This document shows, in pieces, positions 21,835 through 35,675 of a stretch of DNA of 64,000 nucleotides. The stretch comes from Nannocystis bainbridge (GTDB lineage: Bacteria; Myxococcota_A; Polyangia; Nannocystales; Nannocystaceae), in NCBI RefSeq assembly GCF_028368995.1, contig NZ_JAQNDL010000001.1, positions 2,464,001-2,528,000 on the forward strand, given 5' to 3'. The notes beneath the pieces were generated by a model. That model was not told the DNA's origin and made no database searches. It worked only from the letters and a program-made list of their open reading frames with translations. The translations under genes and the position numbers were made by a program. The first letter of the stretch is position 1, and every line of letters starts with the position of its first letter.

Positions 21835-24231
21835 TCAGGCGCGCTTGCGCGAGCGGCGGACGCCGAACACGCCGAGCAGCAGCAGCGAGCCCCACAGGCC
21901 GCGGGTGCCCTGGCTGTCGGCGACGCAGCCGCAGCCGTCGTCGTCGAGCTGGCACTGGCCGTCGGCGCCCGGGGCCGCGCCGTCGGGGCACTGGCCGTCG
22001 GTGTCGGTGGCACTGTCGCCGCAGTCCTCGGGGCAGGTCGACTCCTCGCCCGGGTCGCACACGTCGTCGCCGCACACTCCGCAGTCCTCGGGGCAGGTCT
22101 CACCGCCGGTCGGCTCGCAGATGCCGTCGCACTCGCCGGCCGTCTCGCCGCAGTCCTCCGGGCACACTTCGCCCGCCTCGCAGCTGCCGTCGCCGCACAT
22201 CGGGCCCGTGTCGCTCTCGCTCGTGGGGCAGTCCGCGGGGCAGGTCTCATCGGGCTCGCACACCCCGTTGCACGGGCAGTCCTGCGGGCAGAGCTCGTTG
22301 GTCTCGGCCGGCTCGTCGCACACGCCGTTGCCGCAGGTGTTCTGGCACTCGATGCAGGTGGGCGAGTCCTCGTCGCAGGTCTCCCACTCCTGGACCATCC
22401 CGTCGCCGCAGCTGTTGGGATCGATCTCGAGGGCGACGGTGAACGGGCCGACGCAGACCCGATTCTCGGCAGCATCGATGGCGCAGTACTGCCAGGTCAG
22501 GGTGTCGGTCTTGTTGCCGTTGTACGGCACGGTGAAGTCGACCCGCCACAGCGCCTCGCCGAACCAGATCGAAGGAGCGATGAACTTCTTCGGATCGGTG
22601 TCCAGCATGTTGACCAGCTCGTTCGGGTCGGCGAGGCCGAGCGCGAACTCCATGTACGGCAGGCGCCGGCCGTGGGCCGTCAGCGCCGCCCCCTCGCCGG
22701 TCAGGTTGAGGTCGCCGAGGCCGGCGTCGAACCAGTAGTCGTGCCAGTGGCTCGGCGTCTTGTAGTCGTTGACGCGGGCCTGGAACCCGGTCTCTTGCCC
22801 GAAGTACAGCAGCGTGCCGAGCTTGGCCTCGATGTTGTCGTCGTAGATCCGCGGCGGCGTGATGTCGACCGGCACGCCGTCGGCCGGGTCGTCGCGGCCG
22901 AACAGTACGAAGTTCGGCTGCCCCGCGTCGCGCGAGGCAAGGGCGACGTCGACCCGCTCGTCGTGGTTGAAGTCGGCGAACATCAGGCCGAACGTCGAAG
23001 CCAGGCCGGGCACCACCGGGAACGCCGCGTCCAGCGGTGCCCCCGCCGCGGTGAACTTGCTGCCGTCGTTGAGGAACAGCCGCGAGTTCTTGTCGTTCGG
23101 GCCCAGGCGCAGGCCGGTGGTCACGAAGTCGGGCGTGCCGTTGTTGTCGAAGTCGAGGGTCGCCGCGTCGAAGTCGAGCTTCGGCGGGTTTTGCCCGATG
23201 TCCCAGAAGCCGTTGGGGTTGTCGGCGAAGTCACCGCTGCCGTTGTTGACGATCACCGAATTGCGCTTGGCGCAGTAGTTGGTGCCCATGATGTCGACGC
23301 AGTTGCCCATCTGCCCGACACCGTCCTGCAGCGTCACGACGTCGACGAAGCCGTCGCCGGTGAAGTCCATCGGCGTGAACGCGGCGTTGACCTGCTTGGC
23401 GATGTTGCCCTCGAGCGCGCCGATCGGCAGGTGGGTGAAGTTGCCGTCGCCGTCGTTCTTGAGCACGATCGCCCAGCCGACGCCGCGGGTCGCGACCAGC
23501 ACGTCGAGCGCGTAGTCGTTGTCGATGTCGACCAGCTCCATGTCGAACGACCACACGGCCCAGCTCTCCATGCCCATCGGCAGGTTGGCGGCGCCGTCCT
23601 CGAACGTGCCGTCGCCGTTGCCGAGCCACAGGCGCAGCGAGGCGCCCTGGTCGACCGGGTCGCCGTAGGGCTGGCTCGAGCCCCAGTCGGTGGCGACGAT
23701 GTCGAGGTCGCCGTCGAGGTCGACGTCGCCGAGCTCGAGGTCGCCGATGCTCTTGTTGTTGCCCGGGCCGATGTCCTGGCGGGTGAACGCGCCGCCGCCC
23801 TCGTTGAGCAGGACGTAGCTCTGGCCGGTGAAGTTGACGCCGACCACCAGGTCCGCGTCGCCGTCGCCGTCGATGTCGCCGGCCTTGATCACGTAGGCGT
23901 TGTCGGGGTCGTCGAACACGCCGGCCGCGGCGGTGAAGCCGGTGCCGCCGCCGTTGACGAGCAGCTGGTTCGGCTGGGCGTTCTGGTCGCTGCCGGTGTT
24001 GTCACCCGAGCTGTTGGCGAACACGAGGTCGACGAACCCGTCGTTGTTGATGTCGACCAGCTCGACCTTCTGCGACGTGTACCCGGCGTCCGGCAGCGTG
24101 ATGCCGGCGTCGAGCGCCCACGGGGCCGCGCCGGCCAGCGCCGGCAGCAGCGCCGTCGACACGACCGTGACGGCCTGGAGCACGCGGGCCGGACGAGGAC
24201 AGGAGTTGGACCTAAAGCGAGCGTCGAACAT
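21835..24231 (-). CDS. FG-GAP/VCBS beta-propeller, Cys-rich repeats and MYXO-CTERM surface protein (paralog 1)
   Basis: Repeated DxDxDGxxDL motifs, CGDGxC...CPEDC repeats, tail GCGC...LLLGVFGVRRSRKRA. Confidence 0.88.
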   Translation of the reverse strand: MFDARFRSNSCPRPARVLQAVTVVSTALLPALAGAAPWALDAGITLPDAGYTSQKVELVDINNDGFVDLVFANSSGDNTGSDQNAQPNQLLVNGGGTGFTAAAGVFDDPDNAYVIKAGDIDGDGDADLVVGVNFTGQSYVLLNEGGGAFTRQDIGPGNNKSIGDLELGDVDLDGDLDIVATDWGSSQPYGDPVDQGASLRLWLGNGDGTFEDGAANLPMGMESWAVWSFDMELVDIDNDYALDVLVATRGVGWAIVLKNDGDGNFTHLPIGALEGNIAKQVNAAFTPMDFTGDGFVDVVTLQDGVGQMGNCVDIMGTNYCAKRNSVIVNNGSGDFADNPNGFWDIGQNPPKLDFDAATLDFDNNGTPDFVTTGLRLGPNDKNSRLFLNDGSKFTAAGAPLDAAFPVVPGLASTFGLMFADFNHDERVDVALASRDAGQPNFVLFGRDDPADGVPVDITPPRIYDDNIEAKLGTLLYFGQETGFQARVNDYKTPSHWHDYWFDAGLGDLNLTGEGAALTAHGRRLPYMEFALGLADPNELVNMLDTDPKKFIAPSIWFGEALWRVDFTVPYNGNKTDTLTWQYCAIDAAENRVCVGPFTVALEIDPNSCGDGMVQEWETCDEDSPTCIECQNTCGNGVCDEPAETNELCPQDCPCNGVCEPDETCPADCPTSESDTGPMCGDGSCEAGEVCPEDCGETAGECDGICEPTGGETCPEDCGVCGDDVCDPGEESTCPEDCGDSATDTDGQCPDGAAPGADGQCQLDDDGCGCVADSQGTRGLWGSLLLLGVFGVRRSRKRA

Positions 24232-24282
24232 GGTGTTTCACTTTCAAGCGAGGGGTCAGGTGCAGTGAAGAATTCAGGGCGA

Positions 24283-24340
24283 AAAAATCGAAAGGGGCCG
24301 AAGGTGCGGGCGGACGAGCCGCCGAACCCTCGGCCCCGGT
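24283..24340 (-). terminator. Probable intrinsic terminator between the FG-GAP paralogs
   Basis: GGGGCCGAGG...CCTTCGGCCCC stem followed by TTTCGATTTTTT on the minus strand. Confidence 0.55.
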
Positions 24341-24350
24341 CGCGTCGGCA

Positions 24351-26924
<2,574 letters not shown>

Positions 26925-27250
26925 GATGTTTGAACCTTCAATCGGGGGAAACACGCCGAGGCAGCCCGAGACGGGTCGCCGCGACAGGGCCCTGGAGCGC
27001 CGTAGCCAGCATAAGAAGGGTCTCGCGCCGGCGTCCAGTAAAAGTGAGTCCACGCGCGGTCTCGAGCCTCCGGGTTTACACCCCTGGCCCATGGGAAAAC
27101 CGGACGGCGGGCCCTTCGCGCCGGCGACTTCGATGTGTCACATCGGCGGCGCGCTGCGATCACCTGTCTGCAAGAACAGGTGACTTCAGGCGCGCTGGGC
27201 GCTACGCACCCCCCGGACCTGCACCCGCGGTCCGACGTCGCGGAGGTGTC

Positions 27251-28885
<1,635 letters not shown>

Positions 28886-28888
28886 GAC

Positions 28889-31123
28889 TCACTCCCGGCG
28901 GTTGCCGCCGACCAGTTCCTTCTTCGCGGAGATCCGGACCACGTAGGTCGCGGTGAGCTTCTTCTGCTGACCGGCAGGGACCTGCACGCGCCAGCGGTAG
29001 CCGCCCTTCAGCGCGTAGTCCTCGGGCTCGAACGGCGCCCACGCCGGCTCGACCGCGCCGACCTCGACCTGGATCTCGTCCTCGCGCTCGCGCACGCTCG
29101 GCAGCCGCTCCTGCACCTCGACCTCGACCGGCCGCGGCGAGCGGTTGGCGACCTCGAACTCGAGGTCGTGGCGCAGCGACAGCGAGCCGCCCATCAAGCC
29201 GGCCGCCTCCTCGCGGAAGTGGGTGTTGCGCGAGACCTTGATCGCCTGCTCGACGCCGAGGCCGATCTGCACCTCGCCGCGCGGCGGGGCGACCTTGAGG
29301 TCGGCCGACAGCAAGTAGTCGCCGCCGACGTAGATGTCCGCCGGGCCCGGCAAGAGCGGCGCGTCGAGCGGGTTCTTCAGCTTGACGAAGCGGTACACGT
29401 CGGTGCTCTCGCGCGGCACCACGACGTAGCCGAGCTGGATCGGCGCCGCCTGGGTGAGCAGCGGCACCGAGTGGTAGTCGCCGTCGGACGGGATGTCGAC
29501 CGGCGTCTCGGCGGCGTACACGTAGTCGAAGCCGAACCACGACTCGGCGAACCGGTGGCGCGGCGGCAGCCCGCGACCGCCCGCCTGCTGGGCCCGCGTC
29601 ACCGCGCCGTCGATCAGCGACACCACGTCGAGCTCGCGCGTCACCTCGCGCACCCACAACATCTCGAGGTAGCGCTCGCGCCGGTGCGTCAGCGTCAGCA
29701 CGCCGCGCCGGCCGGCCTCGGGCCCAGGCATGCGCAGGTCGCCATAGGCCAGCTGCTCGGGCGCCGCCTCGTGCTCGGGCTCGGGCCCCGGGCGAGCCAG
29801 CCCGCCCTGCGGCCCGCCGCCCTCGGCCCCGCCGAAGAAGCCGCCGACCGCGTCGGCCAGGGCTCCGCCGAGGCCGCCCTTGCGAGGCAGGGGCGCCGAG
29901 GCCATCACCGGCTGGGGCGATGCGGGCGACGGCGGCGGTGCCCCCGAGCGCATCACCATCGGCGGCGCGCTGACTTTGGGTGACGGTCGCCCAGCCCCGG
30001 GCGCCGGCTGGTTGCGGGCCTGCTCGAGCTGCCTCGAGCGCTGCTGGTACTGCGGGCTGATGCTCCCGTCCTGCGTGTGCTCGCGCGGCATGTCGGCGAG
30101 CACCTCGATCGAGGCCTCCGTCTCGGGGTCGGCCCACGCCTCGCTGGGCACCGGCTCGGGCGTCGGCTTGGACCGCGGCACGGACCCGGCGGCGAGGAAG
30201 CGATCGTAATCGGCGTAGAGCTCACCCGCCCCGGCCGGCGGCGCTCGCCAGCCGCGGCGCTGCGGCGCTGGTTGGCGGCGACCGATCCGCAGCGCCTGCA
30301 TCTCCGGCAGCTCGACCCATCGCTGGGCGTCGGCGGTGGCCAGCGTGAGGCGCACGCCGGCCCAGTCCTCGCCGGTGTCCTGAGCCACCATCGCCCGCAC
30401 CGCCACCGTCGCCCGGGCCATGTCGCGCGTCAGGCTGACCGCGTAGGCCGGGGCCCAGCGGGCGCCGGGCACCATGTACTCGATGATCAGCCGCACCGGC
30501 GCCGGCGGCACGTCGCGCGCGCGCAGGCTGATCAGCGCCGCCTTGCGCAGCTCGTGCGGCTTGGCCTGGCGCGCCTTCGAGGCCGCCTTGCGCCGGGCCT
30601 CGAGGTGCTCGCGGCGCTCCTCGGCCTGGCGCTGCTCCTCGCGCAGCCGCTGCAGCTGCGCGTCGATGGCCGCGATCTGCTGCTGCTGGAACGCCACCAG
30701 AGACAGCCGCGCCGCTGTCGGCGACGGCCGCGGTGGTTGCCCGCGCTTGTTGGCCGGGCGCTCGTACACCTGCAGCCGCTCGATGCGGGCGCGCTGGGCC
30801 TCGAGGTGGGCGCGGCGGTCGGCGAGCGCGCGGACGTCCCGGCGGGCCTGCTTGAGCTCGGCGTCGTCGGGAGGCGGCAGTGATGGATCGGGCACCGCCA
30901 GGTCGAGCGCGACCCGCAGGTCCATCGCCACCGGCAGCTCGCCGCCCTCACCCTCGACGCGCACGCGGACCGAGCCGTCGTCGAGGCTGAGCGGCAACCC
31001 GAGCAGCTTGACCTGCGGCGGCACCGGCTGGGCCGCCAGCAAGATCGCCGAGCGAGTGACGAGCGCGCCCTGGCGATACACCGTGACCGAGTCGATCCGC
31101 GAGGTCAGGACGGGGACGTTCAT
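28889..31123 (-). CDS. DUF4140/DUF4139 protein with Pro-rich insert
   Basis: IDSVTVYRQGALVTR, QDTGEDWAGVRLTLATA, PLLPGPADIY; 3 nt upstream of its paralog. Confidence 0.85.
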   Translation of the reverse strand: MNVPVLTSRIDSVTVYRQGALVTRSAILLAAQPVPPQVKLLGLPLSLDDGSVRVRVEGEGGELPVAMDLRVALDLAVPDPSLPPPDDAELKQARRDVRALADRRAHLEAQRARIERLQVYERPANKRGQPPRPSPTAARLSLVAFQQQQIAAIDAQLQRLREEQRQAEERREHLEARRKAASKARQAKPHELRKAALISLRARDVPPAPVRLIIEYMVPGARWAPAYAVSLTRDMARATVAVRAMVAQDTGEDWAGVRLTLATADAQRWVELPEMQALRIGRRQPAPQRRGWRAPPAGAGELYADYDRFLAAGSVPRSKPTPEPVPSEAWADPETEASIEVLADMPREHTQDGSISPQYQQRSRQLEQARNQPAPGAGRPSPKVSAPPMVMRSGAPPPSPASPQPVMASAPLPRKGGLGGALADAVGGFFGGAEGGGPQGGLARPGPEPEHEAAPEQLAYGDLRMPGPEAGRRGVLTLTHRRERYLEMLWVREVTRELDVVSLIDGAVTRAQQAGGRGLPPRHRFAESWFGFDYVYAAETPVDIPSDGDYHSVPLLTQAAPIQLGYVVVPRESTDVYRFVKLKNPLDAPLLPGPADIYVGGDYLLSADLKVAPPRGEVQIGLGVEQAIKVSRNTHFREEAAGLMGGSLSLRHDLEFEVANRSPRPVEVEVQERLPSVREREDEIQVEVGAVEPAWAPFEPEDYALKGGYRWRVQVPAGQQKKLTATYVVRISAKKELVGGNRRE

Positions 31124-31322
31124 AGGCCGGCGGATTATGCCCGCGTCTCGGCCGGCGATCGCCGGCAAGCCGACGCGCCGGCCTCGAAGCGGCGAAATCG
31201 CCGTTCCACGCGGTTTCACGGGCGCGGCGCCGGCCGCCTGCGCGCCTGCTCGTCACGCGTCCGCGCCCACGCACGCGGGCGAGCGCGAGCCGCAGCGCGG
31301 CCGCGCTCGTCTGCGCCGGCGA

Positions 31323-33476
31323 TCACGCCGGCACGCGTCCGACGTCCTTGCGGTCGAAGAAGCGGTGGTTGGCGATCGCCTTGACGAACTGCTGCGCCAC
31401 CTGCTGCAGGTCGGCCGGCTTGCGGGCCCCGACCACACCTGGCTCTTTGAGCAGGTCGGCCTCCGACCCGCCCGCCGGCAGGATGTTGCTGGCGAGCAGC
31501 AGGTCGAGGCCCTCGCCGGTGGCCGCGAGCGGCTTGTAGTGGGCGAACGCCTCGGCGACGAAGTGGAGCGCCGCGCCCTCCTTCTTCAGCGCCGCCGCGC
31601 TGTCGGCCCCGCCGGGCACGTAGACCGCGTCGTAGAACACCGACGCCGCCGTTCGCAGCGACTTCTGCGGCGCGAGCGGCTTGCCGTCGCTGCGCTTGAC
31701 CGGGGCCATCGAAGGCGCCACCACCTCGACGGTCGCGCCGCCGGCGGTCAGCGCCGCCTTGAGCGCGTCGACCTGGGCGCCGTCGACCCCGTCCGCCACC
31801 AGCACCGCGATCTGCCGGGTCTGGATGGTGTCCTTGACCGTGTGGGCCATGCTGAGCTCGGGCGCCTTGACCTTGGAGTAGTCCTGGCGCAGGCCCGGCG
31901 CCGAGGTCACGCCGAACTTCGACCACTCGGCCTTGAGGCGCTTCATCGCCGAGGCCGGGTCGTCGACGGTGAGCCCGAGGTTCTTGGCCACGCGCTCGGC
32001 CAGCTGGACGTCGACCTGGGTCAGCAGGTCGACCATGCGCTTGCGGACCGGCACCGCGTCGACCTTGCTGAGCTCGAAGCTGAACGCGTCGACGATGTGC
32101 TGCCTCTCGTAGTCGGCCTGGTTGCGCCAGAACAGCTCGGCCTGGCCGAAGTGGTCGCCGAACCGCGGGCTGCGCTCGCGGACCTTCTTGCCCTCCTGCG
32201 GCGCGGGGAAGCTGTTGAACCCTTTGCCGCCGGCCTGGAACGGGCAGCCCTTCGCCAGCGAATTCGGCGAGTAGGCGACCGGCCCCTTGTTGACCATGTG
32301 GCGCATGTGCCCGTCGCGCTGATTGTTGACGATCGCGTTTTCAGGGCGGTTGATCGGCAGCTCGTGGAAGTTCGGGCTGCCGAGGCGGCTCAGCTGCGTG
32401 TCGAGGTACGAGAACAGCCGGCCCTGCAGCAGCGGGTCCTCCGAGAAGTCGATGCCGGGCACCAGGTGCGACGGGCAGAACGCGACCTGCTCGGTCTCGG
32501 CGAAGAAGTTGTCGGGGTTGCGGTCGAGCACCAGGCGGCCGACCTTCTGCAGCGGCGCCAGCTGCTCCGGCCACACCTTGGTCGCGTCGAGCACGTCGAA
32601 CGGGAACTGGCCCTCCTCGCCCTCGGGGATGGTCTGGATCGCAAACTCCCACTCGGGGTACTGACCGCGCTCGATCGCCTGCCACAGGTCGAGGCGGTGG
32701 TAGTCGGAGTTCTTGCCGCTGATCTTCTGCGCCTCGTCCCACACCACCGAGTGGAGGCCGAGCTTCGGCTTCCAGTGGAACTTGACGAAGTGGGCCTTGC
32801 CGTCCTCGTCGAGCAGGCGGAACGTGTTGACGCCGAAGCCCTCGATCATGCGCAGGCTGCGGGGGATGGCCCGGTCCGACATCACCCACATCAGCATGTG
32901 CGTCGACTCGGGCGTCAAGGACGCGAAGTCCCAGAACGTGTCGTGGGCCGAGGCCGCTTGCGGGATCTCGTTGTCCTGCTCCGGCTTCACCGCGTGGATC
33001 ACGTCGGGGAACTTGATCGCGTCCTGGATGAAGAACACCGGGATGTTGTTGCCCACGAGGTCGAAGATGCCGTCCTCGGTGTAGAACTTGACCGCGAAGC
33101 CGCGCACGTCGCGGGCCAGGTCGGTCGAGCCCCGCGAGCCGGCCACCGTCGAGAAGCGGACGAACACCCGCGTCTTCTGCCCGACCTTGCGCAAGAACTT
33201 GGCGGTCGTCAGCTTCTTCAGCGAGTTCGTGACCTCGAAGTAGCCGTGGGCCCCTTCGCCGCGGGCGTGGACCACCCGTTCGGGGATCCGCTCGTGGTCG
33301 AAGTGGGTGATCTTCTCGCGCAGGATGAAGTCTTCGAGCAGCGTCGGGCCGCGCTGTCCGGCCTTGAGCGAGTTGTTGTCGTCGCCGACTGCGACCCCCT
33401 GATTCGTCGTAAGTTCGGGGCAATTACCGGGCCCGCGGGGAGCCTCGTCCTTCTCGTTGCGATCGTCCGTCGACAT
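31323..33476 (-). CDS. katE: Large-subunit catalase HPII with C-terminal DJ-1-like domain
   Basis: FDHERIPERVVHARG, RLFSYLDTQ; AGGAGG RBS. Confidence 0.96.
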   Translation of the reverse strand: MSTDDRNEKDEAPRGPGNCPELTTNQGVAVGDDNNSLKAGQRGPTLLEDFILREKITHFDHERIPERVVHARGEGAHGYFEVTNSLKKLTTAKFLRKVGQKTRVFVRFSTVAGSRGSTDLARDVRGFAVKFYTEDGIFDLVGNNIPVFFIQDAIKFPDVIHAVKPEQDNEIPQAASAHDTFWDFASLTPESTHMLMWVMSDRAIPRSLRMIEGFGVNTFRLLDEDGKAHFVKFHWKPKLGLHSVVWDEAQKISGKNSDYHRLDLWQAIERGQYPEWEFAIQTIPEGEEGQFPFDVLDATKVWPEQLAPLQKVGRLVLDRNPDNFFAETEQVAFCPSHLVPGIDFSEDPLLQGRLFSYLDTQLSRLGSPNFHELPINRPENAIVNNQRDGHMRHMVNKGPVAYSPNSLAKGCPFQAGGKGFNSFPAPQEGKKVRERSPRFGDHFGQAELFWRNQADYERQHIVDAFSFELSKVDAVPVRKRMVDLLTQVDVQLAERVAKNLGLTVDDPASAMKRLKAEWSKFGVTSAPGLRQDYSKVKAPELSMAHTVKDTIQTRQIAVLVADGVDGAQVDALKAALTAGGATVEVVAPSMAPVKRSDGKPLAPQKSLRTAASVFYDAVYVPGGADSAAALKKEGAALHFVAEAFAHYKPLAATGEGLDLLLASNILPAGGSEADLLKEPGVVGARKPADLQQVAQQFVKAIANHRFFDRKDVGRVPA

Positions 33477-33663
33477 CTCGTCCTCCTGATGCGCCGACCA
33501 TCGCGACACGGTGCGGCCGCCCTCCTTAGCACCCTCGACGATCGGTGCAACCGAGCCCGCCGCGAACGACGGCTGACGAGACGTCTGCCGCGCCCCCGCG
33601 GGCTCGCGCGGGCTCGACCCCCCGCCTCGAGCGGCCGGAGGCGATCTGTCCTTCAGGACATCA

Positions 33664-34722
33664 TCAGGCTGCGGTGGACGGTCCCACGCTCAGCGGCCGC
33701 GGCAGTTGCATCGTCAGGCAATGCAGGCTGCCGCCCTGTTCGATGAGCGGCAGGCAATCGACGCCCACCACCTCGCGCCCGGGGAACACCCCGGCCAGCC
33801 GCGACAGCGCCTGCGCGTCGGCCGGGTCGTCATAGGTGGGCACCAGCACCGCGCCGTCGAGGATGAGGAAATTGGCGTAGGTCGCGGGCAAGCGGCGCCC
33901 GTCCTCGCCGAAGCGCGGGCGCGGCCACGGCAGCGGCACCAGCTCGTACGGTTCGCCGGCGGCGGTGCGCAGCCCGGCCAGCTCGTCGGCCATGGCCTGC
34001 AGCTCGTCCCAGTGCGAGTCGTCGGCGTCGGTGCAGCTCTGGTAGGCGATCGTGCGCGCGTCGCAGAGCCTGGCCAGCGTGTCGATGTGCCCGTCGGTGT
34101 CGTCGCCCTCGAGCCAGCCGCGGCGCAGCCACAGCACCCGCGTCGCGCCGAGGTGGCGCTGCAGCGCCGACTCGACCTCTGCGAGCCCGAGGCCGCTCCG
34201 GTGATCGGACAGCAAGCAGCGCTCGGTGGTGAGGATCGTGCCCTCGCCGTCGGACTCGACGCTGCCGCCCTCGAGGATAAGCGGCACGACCTCGAGCGGC
34301 GCCGCGCCGAAGGCCCCGAGCGCGTGCAGGCGCTGCGGGACGACGTCGTCCCGGGAAGCCGCGAACTTGCCGCCCCAGCCGTTGAACTCGAAGTCGAGCA
34401 CCCGCGGCGTCCCCGCGATCGTCACCGTCAGCGGCCCGTGATCGCGGGCCCAGGTGTCGTCGCAGGCGACCGCGTGCAGCCGCGCCCGCGCGTCGTCGAC
34501 CCCGGCCCGGCGCAGCAGCGCCCGCACGTGGCCGGCCAGAGCCGCGTCGTGGCACGCGATCACCACGACCTCGCGCAGCGCGATCTGCCGCGCGATCTCG
34601 ACGAACACCGGCTCGACCCGCGCCAGCATCGGGCCCCAGTCGCTGTCCGCGTGCGGCCACGTCAACATCACCCCGGCCTGCGGCGCCCACTCGGCCGGCA
34701 GTACACGTGTCTCTTCAGCCAT
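33664..34722 (-). CDS. Agmatine deiminase / PPAD family protein
   Basis: PAEW, WARDHGP, LEGGS, DDTDGHIDT, GGSLHCLTMQ. Confidence 0.93.
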   Translation of the reverse strand: MAEETRVLPAEWAPQAGVMLTWPHADSDWGPMLARVEPVFVEIARQIALREVVVIACHDAALAGHVRALLRRAGVDDARARLHAVACDDTWARDHGPLTVTIAGTPRVLDFEFNGWGGKFAASRDDVVPQRLHALGAFGAAPLEVVPLILEGGSVESDGEGTILTTERCLLSDHRSGLGLAEVESALQRHLGATRVLWLRRGWLEGDDTDGHIDTLARLCDARTIAYQSCTDADDSHWDELQAMADELAGLRTAAGEPYELVPLPWPRPRFGEDGRRLPATYANFLILDGAVLVPTYDDPADAQALSRLAGVFPGREVVGVDCLPLIEQGGSLHCLTMQLPRPLSVGPSTAA

Positions 34723-34768
34723 GTCCCTTCGCCCCTGTCCCTTCAAACATGTCTCTTCACTCAGGGCG
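34703..34768. repeat. 14-bp-period decamer array (5 units) spanning an intergenic gap, a stop codon and a start codon
   Basis: CGTG 34706, CATG 34720 (start codon), CCTG 34734, CATG 34748, CAGG 34762. Confidence 0.8.
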
Positions 34769-35174
34769 CCGCCGCCAGCAGCGCCCGCAGCCCGATCAGC
34801 CCGCGGACCGACAGCCCCGGCGACCCCGGGACCCCCAGCCGCAGCGGCCCCTCGGCGTCCGGCAGCCCGAGCGCCACGATCACGTCGTCGCGTTTGACCG
34901 TGGCCGCGTCGATCGTCTTCGGCTCGCCGTCAGCCCCGGTCGCCTCGACGTCGACCCCCGCCGGGACCCCCGCCGCCAGCAGCGCCTCGCGCAGCCGCGG
35001 CCCGACGTGGCGAATGTCCCCGTCCTTCACCTCGACCTGCGGCAGCGCGGTCAGGCGGGCCGCCAGCAGCGACTCCGAGCGCGACGCCGTGTGCACCGCG
35101 AGCGCACCGGCCGGCGCCGCGGAGCAGGCGGACACGGCGAGCGCGACGGCGAACGCGAGCGACGGGCGGAGCAT
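34761..35174 (-). CDS. Hypothetical lipoprotein
   Basis: Lipobox VSAC. Confidence 0.6.
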   Translation of the reverse strand: MLRPSLAFAVALAVSACSAAPAGALAVHTASRSESLLAARLTALPQVEVKDGDIRHVGPRLREALLAAGVPAGVDVEATGADGEPKTIDAATVKRDDVIVALGLPDAEGPLRLGVPGSPGLSVRGLIGLRALLAAAP

Positions 35175-35220
35175 GCGTCGGCGAGCATATCCGCGCCGCC
35201 TGCGGCCGACAAGCCGCGGC

Positions 35221-35553
35221 TCACTCGAGGCGCTCGATCGCCGTGCAGTCGCTCGTCACCTGCGCCTTCTGCTTGCCCTGGATCGGCGCGTACGTGGCCA
35301 GCACCTCGCCGTCCTTGCCGATCAAGAACATCTTCTCGGTCCCGCCGGTGATCGTCTCGCGGGCCTCGTTGAGCAGCAGCACCTTGCGCCCGCTGCCCGC
35401 CGCGGCGCCGACCTCGACCGTGACGTCGGTGGCGCAGGCGTTGAAGATCGAGACGTGGAACTCGGTGACCGCGGTCGTCGGCGGCTCGGTCGTGGGACTG
35501 GGTTTGTCACAACCGACGAAGCACAGGAGCAGGGGGATGATGGCCAGTCGCAT
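35221..35553 (-). CDS. Small lipoprotein
   Basis: Lipobox FVGC; GAGG RBS. Confidence 0.7.
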   Translation of the reverse strand: MRLAIIPLLLCFVGCDKPSPTTEPPTTAVTEFHVSIFNACATDVTVEVGAAAGSGRKVLLLNEARETITGGTEKMFLIGKDGEVLATYAPIQGKQKAQVTSDCTAIERLE

Positions 35554-35639
35554 GGGTGGATCCTCTTGCTGCACACTCTATCAACTCGGGCCGTCGCGCG
35601 CGCCTCGGCCCGCTCCCTCGCCGGTCAGCCGCATGCCCC

Positions 35640-35675
35640 TTGACGGCCGGCGCGCCCGCGCGTCTCTTGGGCCTC
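35640..35675 (+). promoter_or_regulatory. Putative leaderless-type promoter (conserved in the second copy at 38064-38099)
   Basis: TTGACG-N17-TCTCTT-N7-ATG in both duplicates; no SD sequence. Confidence 0.4.
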
